64,000 nucleotides of DNA from Octopus vulgaris (Eukaryota), in assembly GCA_951406725.2 (NCBI GenBank), contig OX597823.1, positions 40,176,001-40,240,000 on the forward strand. The letters are read 5' to 3'. Made by a program: the position numbers and the translations under genes. Position 1 is the first letter of the stretch, and the number at the start of each line of letters is the position of its first letter. The notes beneath the pieces were generated by a model, which saw nothing but the letters and a program-made list of their open reading frames with translations, had not been told where the DNA came from and ran no database searches. Positions 52,561 to 64,000 of the stretch are shown piece by piece.

Positions 52561-52947
52561 GTATATACATACACACACACATATGGGTGAGTGGACAAAT
52601 AAAAAGAAACATTCAAAATATTTGTTTAGAGCTACATGTGTCTAATAGCAAGTTTGAATTTACATTATTTAATTTTTTTTTCGTGAGCGTAGGATGCCTC
52701 CTCCACATGAGATTTTCCGATGGAAAGCGAAGAGAATTTAAAAATGAATTTTGAATGTCTTCTGGGTATTGAGGACTCCATTGGTCAGTCGACTAGTTTT
52801 TGCCATTACAACAACGATAGGTATCGTTAGATTCACTTGTTGCGCAGGGGAGATGTTGCCGTCAGCTTGGCGGCGTTCTGTAGGAATACTAAGATTTAGC
52901 GACACCAATTCTTTACATTGCATAGCACAGGTGATATAAACATTTAC

Positions 52948-53038
<91 letters not shown>

Positions 53039-53136
53039 GTCTATCTATCTATCTATCTATCTACCTACCTACCTGTCTACCTTCCTACCTACCTACCTAC
53101 CTACCTACCTACCTACCTATCTATCTACCTACCTAC

Positions 53137-53174
<38 letters not shown>

Positions 53175-53175
53175 G

Positions 53176-53207
<32 letters not shown>

Positions 53208-53295
53208 CCTACCTACCTACCTACCTACTACCTACCTACCTACCTACCTACCTACCTACCTACCTACCTACCTACCTACCTACCTATCTATCTAC

Positions 53296-53346
<51 letters not shown>

Positions 53347-53403
53347 CCTGTCTATCTATCTGTCTGTTTGTCTGTCTGTCTTTCTATCTGTCTATCTGTC
53401 TGC

Positions 53404-53445
<42 letters not shown>

Positions 53446-55369
53446 GTGTTTGAGTATGTGTCTGCGTGTGTGTATTATATTTTTACTTAGGATTTTGTTA
53501 TTAAATATAAACTTGTATTCATAAATAAATGTCGCAGCTGAGGCAATGAATAACATATACAGCGCAATATGAACATAAACGAGTAGAATCCGATCGTAAT
53601 GTCAAGTTGATAGTCTGAAAACATATTCCTCTATCAAGTAATTTATTATTGTATAAAATAGCTATTTTTTATGAGAAAGAAATCTTATAATTTATTGCAA
53701 AACATATTAAGTGTATATACGACGAAAATAATAGCTAATATATGTAAAAATAAAATGCATATATATTAATATTATTCTGTAAGACAAGTGCATTTTATTT
53801 TAGAAAACAGCGTTCTTTTGTTGAATGTTTTAAAATCTATGATTGTATATTTAAACTAATCTGTTGTTGTTATTTTATATTATTGAAGACAGCTATTTTT
53901 CAACGCGGCGAAGTTCTCTTTAATTTCTTCAACTATCATTTGAAAAGGAAGTTGAGGATTGAAAGGGTTGAAAGAGGCAAAACTAGCAAGCTGAGTATGC
54001 TTTTCTGATGATTTGGATGAGGTAGAGAAATCCGGAACATTTTGTTGGGATTTTCTCTGCATTACCTTTATGTAGACTGCTCCGCTACAGTGGATTCTAT
54101 TTATTTATATACTTATTTACTTATTTTTCTGAATTCTGTTTTTATCTTTTGTTGTAGTATCGTTATTCTTGTTTCTCTTTTGATCGATGCAAAACTTCAC
54201 ATTTTGTGCAATGAATTTCATCTTTTGATGTAGTTCTCAATGCTTTGGCATCAAATATTATTATTATTATTATCATAAAGGCGGCGATCTGGCAGAATCG
54301 TTAGCATGCTGGACGAAATGCTTGGCAGTATTTCGCTAATCATTACGTTCTGAGTTCAAATTCCGTCGAGGTTGACTTTGCCTTTCATCCTTTTGGGAGT
54401 ACTAGGGTCGATGTTATCGACTGTCCCTCTTCCCCCAAATCCAGGCCTTGTGCCTATAGTAGAAAGGATTATTATTATAATCGTTATTATTATTGAGTGA
54501 GAGAGTAGAGCATGCCTTCAAAGTGATACTGGGGTAAAATATATGAAGCCCAGAGTACCCATCGTTACTACCCGTCTGGTAAGGGTACACCAGGCACATG
54601 CAGCACAACCATATGTGCGCGACAAGGTGATCTCATATCAAGATAAATAGCGCATGACCTTGAGGTGGGGGTCCAGTTAGAATTTTCTTCAGGTTGAGTA
54701 GCCCATCCCGCTCAAAAGGTCCCTGAGTATGGATTGTTTAAGGATGTTGAAAGAAACACCCATGATTCGAGAGGTGAATTATTCAAACCCCAAAGAATTC
54801 CTCTCAAAACATGGCTATGCTCTGATGCAATACCAGGCACTGGTTCTTATGGTATCTGATTTTAACTGATTGGAAATGTTTTGTTCTAGTGTAAAAGATA
54901 GGCTACAACAAATATTCTGCTCAACACGATAGATTTGCTTGTCAATATTTTTCAATATGCTATTGTTTCATATGTGTATATATACACACACACGAAATGT
55001 TTACTTTTTTACGTTCCTAATGTATATACTTCAAAAAAGGCTGATTAGCAATTTAAAAAATCTGTACAATCTGTAATAATGATATTTAATAAGTGACTTC
55101 TAAACATTTATTACATATTCGTTTCGCTTACTCGGAATATCGAAATCTATTTTTGCACTTTTTCAAATTGCTTTTCATCCATCGTTAATTCCACAGAAGC
55201 ATGTACCTAAAGCCAAAGATGGCTAGTCCTCAAACCAAACAGTGGATTCTACCTAAAGTATTCAAGGTACAAGCTTTCAAATCACCTTACTTTGAAATTA
55301 TATGGATAATACCGTATTAAATTCTGGCACCTCAACTTAAGTTCCATATTCATCTGAATCTCTCTCTCT

Positions 55370-55437
<68 letters not shown>

Positions 55438-55441
<4 letters not shown>

Positions 55442-57000
55442 AGAGTTTACGAAAAAACACAAAAGACAATGTATTAGTATAACGCTCAGGAATAGAAAAA
55501 GTCTTTTACGTTTCGAGCCTACGCTCTTCTACAGAAAGGGACACAGAAAAAACAAGGACAGAAAAAAATCTATGTAGTGGCTAACGATTTATCATGGCGA
55601 CTAGTGCCGGACAGAAGGGTCAAACACAGGAAAGAAAGTAGGAGAGACAACAAGGTAAAGGTGACCCCCAACACAAAGGTGCGTGTGTGTATAAGAGAGT
55701 ATGTATGTGCGTGTGAAAGAGGGCTGGTGGTCTGGACGTGTGCGTGTATGTATGTGTAGGTGTGAAGATGTGGGGATGGGTGTGTGGGTGGTGTGTTGTG
55801 ATGTGATGTGTAATATTGTATGGTGCAGTGTGGTGTGATGTTGTTGGGAGGTGGGGGAGGCGAGAGTGGGGAAAGCACGAGTGGGGAAAGCACGGTTGGG
55901 TGTGGGTTCGGCTGGGGTTTGGGGTAGAGTTGGGGTTTGTGGGTAGGCAGAGGGTGGGGTATGTGGGGGAGGGGTGTGGGATAGGATGGGGGATGGGAAT
56001 GATAGGGGAGGTGGAGTAGGGATGTGTAGGGGGGGGTTTATGGGGGAGGGGAAGGTGGGTATGTGAGGAGAGAGAGGAGGAGAGAAGAGAGAAGGAGAGT
56101 AAGAGAGAAAAAAGAAAGAGAGGGTGAAAGAGTAGGAGAAAAAAGAGGAGAGAAGAGAGGAGAGAAGAGAGAAAGAGAATAAGAGAGGAGAGAGAAAGAG
56201 AGTAAGAGAGAAGAGAGTAAGAGAGAAGAGAGAAAGAGAGAAGAAAGGAAGAGAGTAAGCGGGAAGAGGGAAGGAGGGGAGAGAAAGAGAGGAGAGATGA
56301 GAGAAAGAGCGTAAGAGAGAAGAGGGAAAGAGAGTAGGGGTGAAGGGAAGTAGCAGTGAAGAGAAGTCGGAGTGAAGAGAAGTAGGAGTCGGGGCAAGAG
56401 AGGAGAGTTGGGTGGGAAGAAGGAGGAGGGAGGAGGGAGAGAGGAGAGAAGGAGAGTGAGGGAGCAGAGAGAAAGAGAGAAAGAGAGTAAAGGAGAAGAG
56501 AGAAAGAGAGTAAAGGAGAAGAGAGAAAGAGAGTAGGGGTGAAAAGATGTAGGAGTGAAGAGAAGTAGGAGTCGGGGAGGAGGTTAGATGAAGAGGGGAG
56601 GAGAGTTGAACCCAAATGGCGTAAAAGAGCGAAGAGAGAAGATTAATCCCTGTTCACGGCGCAAACGGGAGTCCGGATGTCCTCTGTGCAAGGACAATCC
56701 AAACACAGACAGGTGTTGCAAGGAGTGACCGGTGGAGCGGAAATGGCGTGAGACTGAGGTGTCATTGCCGAGGCGGATGTCTCGGAGGTGTTCCGCGAAC
56801 CGGTCAGCCAAGCGGCGTCCCGTTTGTCCGATGTACAGGGAATGGTAGAGAGAGCAGGAGATGCAATAGATGATATTGCTGGAGGTGCAGGTGAAAGAGT
56901 CGATGATGCGATAGGGTCGATGATGGGTGCCGGTGAGGAGGGTGGTGTTGGAGAGGTAAGGGCAAGTCCGGCAGCGTGGGCGGGAGCAGGGGGACGAGCC
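55438..57000 (-). mobile_element. 5'-truncated Penelope-like element: GIY-YIG domain, low-complexity UTR, hammerhead, ending at (TA)n
   Basis: Open frame 57000-56584: CSRPRCRTC..FTCTSSNIIYCISC..LYIGQTGRRLADRFAEH..VSRHF...RLRREQGLIFSL..FN. Confidence 0.88.
55504..55537 (-). ncRNA. Minimal hammerhead-like motif in the 3' region of the PLE above
   Basis: Minus: TTT-CTGTAGA-A-GAGC(GTAG)GCTC-GAAA-CG-TA-AAA. A6 is changed to U; flanks resemble the 9984 motif. Confidence 0.7.
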
Positions 57001-58301
57001 AGAGGTATTGTTTTATCCATGGTAACATAAGCAAAACCGGTTGACTATGTAAATATTTTATCTCATAAAATATATATATATATATTGTGCATTTTACTTC
57101 TTTTTATGTTTCACTCTCTCTCTCTTTCTCTCTCTCTCCCTTTATATATGTATATATATATATATATGTATATATATACATATATATACATATATATATA
57201 TGTATACACACATACACATACGCGCACGCACACACATATGTATACTCGATAAATAGCTAGTTACACAAATGCATATGCATACGTACATACACAAATGTGT
57301 TTGCATGTTATTCCTGTCAGTTCGTCTAGCCAAACACATACTAAATGTTTCATTTCCACCTGTTTAAAGTTGTGAATTTAATTATTCAACTAGATCCACA
57401 ATGGCTGAAACGCCATGAATATGTGTTTAAAATTTGCTGCGATAAATGCATTTTTCGCAGTAATTTTACCATGTACATAACTATGGAAAACATTGCAATT
57501 AAAAACATGTATATCGCTAAAAATTAACCCGATAAAATCGATTACATAACTGGATTGGTAAAATATATAAAATCTAATCACTAATGATTTGATGGTTCCC
57601 ATTAAAACAGAAAAAAAAAAAAAAAAGAAACTGTTTCCCCGCTCTTTGTATACTAGACCAATATTTCATCGGGGGAAAACAGTCCATTTTCCTATTCCGA
57701 TTAAAATCAAAACATATTTTTTTCTCGGGTGGCTCTCAGTTAACAAATATAATTCTAGAATAAATTTGGCAAATCTTTATGAGATTCCAATCACAAAACT
57801 ATAAATAGACTTTCCTCTCCGGAATAATATTGTTATAGATTTGAGAATATTTTGGAAGCGACAACGAAGATATTTTTTATGATGGCCAGTATCCTCTATT
57901 ACTCAGCAAGTTCAGCGAAAATGATATTCATTGAAAACACAATTAAGTTATTTTTTTGTTTGTGTCTGACCTGGCCAGGCCAGGCTAGCAATGGCCAAAA
58001 TCATTAATTTACCTATTCAGACTTGTTGGCGATTAGTAAAAGTGAATTATGCTAAATTACAAACCAGGCAACAAGTCATAATTAGTATTATACGATGTTG
58101 TTTACATTAGGATGACATCGAAAGCTGTTAGGATAGTGTGAGATAGTTAGTATGCCAAGTCAGATTGCATATGTTATCAGTTTAACGAGGGACAGACTAG
58201 CTGCTAGCAGTGAGTTATTTCCTAAATTTTTCATGAATAACTTACTTCTTGATAATGTATAATGTATGAATCGAGATTGCCATCTGCGAAATAATTTTTC
58301 T

Positions 58302-58362
<61 letters not shown>

Positions 58363-58567
58363 GCACACGCACACACGCGCACACGCACACACACACACAC
58401 ATACACACACATTTTTCACTTGGATTTGTGTATATGTATGTATACGTGTATGTTTGTAAGAGATGTGTACGATTGTGCGCTTGTGTGTGGTGCGTCTAAC
58501 TTATTGACTTATAAGTTGTCACTTACGTATTTATATATTTTGGTAGGGGTATGCTCGTGTGTGTTCA

Positions 58568-58616
<49 letters not shown>

Positions 58617-60691
58617 GTACATATACGTGTATGTACGTGAGTGTGAAAATATTTATTATTTTCTTTTTTTAATACCAAAAATATAATTATTTATACTGTA
58701 TATTTCATTAGTTACCATCAAGGTTTTACAGTTACTTATTTACGATTTATTGCGCTATTAAAATCATACAAAAACCATCCAAAATTCTGAACATTACTAA
58801 TGTACTAAGATGATTTCCAATATTTGTTTAATAGTCATGTATGTCTTATTGATATTTGGCGTTGCTTGTCTGCTCTCCTTAATTAAGTTCGCTAATTACA
58901 AGAATAAGCAATTGCACAAAGAGTAGAGTGCCAGACCAAAAAAGAAAAAAAAAAATGAGTAAGTTGCGGCATTTACTTATGATCTTTTACGTCCCTTTAC
59001 ATTCTGAATTAAAATATTGCAAGACGACCATGAAAGAAATAACTAGACTAGTTTACTTGGGAACATCTTCCTCAAAATTGCTCACAGTTACATAGAGCTG
59101 TGTACTGTGGAGTATGGCACCCCAAATCATAAACAATCAGAGAAACTAAAGAGAGGAGGGCTACACGAAAGCCAAGTGTCCTGATTCTGCTATTACCTGC
59201 CTCCCTACCCGCTGTAACTGTGGGTTTTGTGCCAATATTGGCCTAGTAAATCACGCCAGGATCCAAAAGGAGTAAAGCTGCTAATCTAGTCATTTTCAGA
59301 GTTATATATCTGGATAGATTTGTCTTCAATCTCAGATTCGGTAAAACAAAGATTTAAGAGTTAGAATTAATAATTCCGATAGTGGCCTCAATCAAATACG
59401 TTTATGATGCTGTGCATCAAATAGAAAATTTGAATGTATTATGTTTAAACCAGACGTTGGAAAAGTGTTCAATAATTGCCCTGGAGTGGTGTCTATATGG
59501 CTTTGAAAGGGCCCAACAAGTACCTGAAATGATTTTGAACATTAAGGATGTTGAATTAAGCAGCAAACGGAATCTGGAATACCGGTGCAATATCAACTAG
59601 TACTCACAAAACACGAATTTCATATTAAATATTCCAACTACATCAATATGACTGACTTTATATTGTTCTGTATCCATTTTGTTAAGTATTTTCATTAATT
59701 TAAAAAAAATATTTCTTATGAAATAAAAATAAGGTCACAAAAACGAAGGAATCATTGTCTTTAAGCGAATAATTTTTTGTTTTAAAAATACTTTTTATTT
59801 TTATTTTAAAAATTTACATGATAGGAATCGATAAGGTATCAATGATTCCATGAAGAGCTCAATGATACAAGAAGTTTGTCTACTTTGGCTTAGGTTTAAC
59901 CTACGATTAACTGTGACTAAAAATTCTAGCCGTAACCAACCCCCTTTTTTTGTCTACCTTGAACTACATTATCCAACGCATCCGTCTTCCATTTTTACGA
60001 TGGTAGTAGTTCATGGAAGAGAATGATTTGGCTATCATCTCTTGCAGTTTGACCGACAGTGTAGAAGTTTGCTTGTTGGTTCGTATTATCATTGATGTCA
60101 CATGCTGTACGAAATAATTACGTATTACCTGAGAAGAAACACATCTGTTGTATTTTGTTGCTTACCAACTGAACGGAATATTACAGTTTTGGAGTTGCAA
60201 TGTCTTTGCGAGTTTCTGATAAGGGAGTCTGATTTATTGCCTGCCATCTGCTAAAACTTCTGTACGGTTGACAAATGTCAGTGTTATAGGTTTGGTATTT
60301 GTAATATAGAGAGCCGTGTTGGAGCATAGATGATGTCTAGCTCTTTCTATATATAAATGAAAAATGGTGAAAAATATTAGTTGTGTGTTTGTTATCACTA
60401 CGTTCAGCACTATCTCTATGTTATGTAATATAGTGATAGTGCTGAAGTAAGAGGTTGTCAAATAACAAATAAGGGGAGAGCAAGAGAACGAGAGAGAGAG
60501 GGGAAGAGAAAGTGAATGAGTGATCGTAGGAGACATTTGCTTTCGTTCTAGTGTTCTAATATATCGTGATAGATCGAACACAACTCATTTTCAAAAGTAA
60601 GAAATGTTTTAATATTTAATTTCATTTGAACGGATGTACTTCTTCTCTATAATTAATTGAACTGTCATTACTTTTTAAGATTAGAGTATAC

Positions 60692-60749
<58 letters not shown>

Positions 60750-60907
60750 TGTATGTGCGTGTGTATTTACATACATGCATGTACACACACACATATACAT
60801 ACATATATATATGTATATATGTATATACATGTATATATATATATGTATGTATAATTTTGGACAATCAGTAAGTTGCCATAATAGTACTCATCCTTTTATC
60901 GTCACTT

Positions 60908-60986
<79 letters not shown>

Positions 60987-62955
60987 CCCATATATGTTTG
61001 TGTGTGTGTGCGAGGCTGCAATGCTACATAGTAGTGAAGCATGGAATTTAAATGCTTAATCCGGACGTATAATGCAAATGTGAATGAACAACAGAGCTGC
61101 GAGAGAAATCGGATGTTAGAGACATCCGATGTCGTGTATGAGAGAGAAGACTGCACTAATATGGACATTAAATGGCATTAGAAGTTGTATAAAGCAGAGA
61201 GAATTTAAGATCGATAGAAAGTATGGAAGTGGGAGATGTATGGAGACATGAGATGGAATGGTAAATACAGACCTTAACGTGCTGAGTCTCAAGAAGGAAA
61301 TGACCTAAGTTTGAGATATTTGGTGAGATACTGGTGGATGAAATCCAACCCCCGGTGCGTGAGTGGCGAAACAATTGTTGAAACTGAAAAAGCGCTTTTG
61401 ATGGTAGGTAGAACGCATACGCATACATATGTGTATCTCTCTCTCTTTCTCCCCTCTCTGTCTGAAGTCGTACATGTATATAAATACAGAAATGCACTCA
61501 TGCATACGTTTATAACACACGCATTAACACAGCTGAAAGGCCTTCTGTGTATATTCAAAAGTATGTGTCATTTATTATATACTTATATTTTAGTTATTGC
61601 TTGAATCTTTTCATTTTATACACGTTCCCATTCTTCCCATAGCTCCTCCCTTTTACCATCGCCTCGTTCTGTCCTTTATCTTCATTCATTTGCACCCCTG
61701 CAGCATTTCGCTGTTGATGCTACCAAACTGAAAAATATCAATAAGGCGTCGAAATTATGATGATTTTTGATCGGTAACTGATGAAGGGTGAGCATGTTCA
61801 CGTCCTTTTTCTGTTTTCCATAGTTTCCTTTCCGTCTTTCCGTGCAACATTTTTCTGTTTTTAATTAATGTAATGCCACGCATATTCCTTCTCACCACCA
61901 CCCACAGTGGTTCCCAACATAGCGGTTTTTATTCTATGTTGTTAGAACTTTATTCTATTTATTATCTGTTTTCTATTTTTCATCACCATACCTCCCTATT
62001 TTTCCGTTCACCCTTCTCAAGTAACCCTCTATCTATCTTCTTCTTTTCTTAGTTTTTACAATTTCCCTTCACTTTTCCATATCTTCTTATCCATATACCC
62101 TTCTGTCTCTATCTACATTTCTTTCTATTTATCTGCCTCTCCTTCGATTTACATTTTCCCTCTGTCTGATGCGTCAACTCTTAACTGCCTATCCTTTCCT
62201 CTTTCTCTTTCCACACTCTCTCTTTCTTCGTATCTGTTCTTCTCTAGCGGTCTCTTTTTTCCTTTTTCATTTCGTCTATTTTGCTCTTTCTTCTCCTTCT
62301 CCGACCCTTTACTCACACTCTCTCTCCTATTTCTTTCTATTCTTTATTACCCGCTCTTTCTCTCCTCTCCCTTAAAGGTACTATGTGACCATCCAATTTT
62401 TAAACCCCTCATCCTTTTCCAACTTGACCACTCACCCACTTGATTGCTTGGATATTTTTTAGCTCCTGTCACAGAATTTACTTCAGGTCTTTGTATGTAT
62501 ACACATTTTTCTTCCAAAACCGAGAGGACCATGTTCTTTGCTATTAGCGTTATTCGCTCATGTCTTAACCCTGACGTATACAAATACCTGTGTGGTATAC
62601 TGTTTCTATATTTTTTCCCTTACTGTCCTTAACTTTCCATTTTATATATTTTCCCGTTGTCTTTATAACTTGATCTTTTTATCGTTCGGTCTATAGATCT
62701 CATCTTTCTGTACTCATTCTCTCCTTCATGTTCACTCATTTATACCTCAGTTGCGTTTTGTTGTCGATGCCAACAAACTGAAAAATATTATCGATGAACT
62801 ATCAACATTGTGATGATTTGGGTCGATAACAGATAAAGTAAGAACTTGTCCATGTCCATTGTTTGATTTTCTCTGTTTCCTGTATGTTCCTCCGTCGTCT
62901 TTCCATGCAAATATTTTACCATATACATACATACATACATACATACATACATACA

Positions 62956-63013
<58 letters not shown>

Positions 63014-63596
63014 ATATAGATGATAATGGGGCATATAAGCCCTCGACAGAATCCACACCACTTTGTTTATGCAGCCAAGTGTGCCACCGTTACACCAACA
63101 CACCAGCCGGCTTCTTTCTGTCAGATTTGTATATATACATATATGTATACATACTAAGACAACCATATCGACACAACACACACATGCACACACATACACT
63201 CACACACACATACGTACGCACGCACACGTACACACACACGCTCACACATATATTTATCCATAAATGGGCCTCTGAACAAATACTTTACTTTTAAACCTCC
63301 GTTTTCCACTACACATCCGTCCTATTTGTTGCCCTTAAACTTCTCTATCTCCGTTTCTCGTCTACATTCTTTATCTTTGATACTCATTTCTGAAACACCC
63401 GCCACTCCAATTTCACCGCTTCCCCGCTCCAATAACTTTATACTCTAACATATTACTTTATGTCGGCCACGTAGCGAAGGCTAGTACTGGACATGTGCAC
63501 ACTGTACACTGATCACTACCAAAGCAACCACCACTACCATCACCAGTTCTATCACCACTACAACACTCTATTCTTCCTACATGCCTCTTTCATCAT

Positions 63597-63667
<71 letters not shown>

Positions 63668-63668
<1 letters not shown>

Positions 63669-64000
63669 GATGCTTGACCAAAGAGGAAAGTATCTGTCTT
63701 TAGCCCTTTCAAACGGGTCCACCATACTACCTCTTTCGCTACAGCCACTAGACAAATAAAAATTACTGGTCCCTCCCGACCAAAAGAGGGCGGTGGGGCA
63801 ATCTTCAGCTGATAGCCGGATTCAGCTGATAGCCAGATCCGTCCTACACGCGACAGCAGGTGTTCGACATAAACCCACATGTTAGCAATACTCGGGCACT
63901 GGACTAGGGCGTGCAGAACGGTTTCATCGTTCAGGGCTCACTTCGAGCAGGCCCGGCTGATGGCATTTCCGTGCCTGTAAAGTTTATCCCAAACAGGCAG
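63668..64000 (-). pseudogene. L1/Tx1-type ORF2 C-terminal (zf-RVT) fragment, running off the window end
   Basis: LPVWDKLYRHG...DETVLHALVQCPSIANMWVYVE...FICLVAVAKEVVWWTRLKG; has a stop in the Cys motif. Confidence 0.75.

Noticed and set aside
59400-59523. Possible minus-strand exon (VLVGPFQSHIDTTPGQLL...)
   Set aside because: The acceptor is plausible but the donor is weak, and there is no homology or link to other exons.
61710-62860. Two diverged copies of a ~95-bp unit containing CTGATGAAGG (61710-61805, 62760-62857)
   Set aside because: No GAAA half-core follows, so it is not a complete ribozyme; an unclassified old repeat.

Overview
AT-rich, microsatellite-dense eukaryotic (animal) DNA with no intact host gene I can identify. 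The SINE sequences resemble those I know from octopus genomes; that is recognition, not proof. Almost all short ORFs in the track are translated microsatellites. The recognisable content is transposable-element derived: (1) a nearly intact DD34D mariner (36.1-37.4 kb); (2) several Penelope-like elements (PLEs) with a C-terminal GIY-YIG endonuclease, including a 4.1-kb fold-back structure (46.1-50.2 kb) with two ~1.79-kb near-identical inverted arms and no RT core; (3) about eight minimal type-I hammerhead-ribozyme-like motifs, mostly in PLE-end-like fragments next to (TA)n tracts, including variants whose C3-G8 core pair is swapped to U3-A8; (4) two ORF1/gag-like (CCHC knuckle) elements with no adjoining ORF2; (5) remnants of L1/Tx1, R4/Dong, other RLE-type and CR1-like LINEs; (6) one non-autonomous Helitron and one Helentron-type element; (7) many tRNA-derived SINEs. 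A recurring theme is head-to-head inverted (fold-back) duplication of retroelement ends at 15.1, 20.7, 35.6 and 46-50 kb. Three weak minus-strand exon candidates are listed at low confidence. All coordinates and alignments were read by eye.
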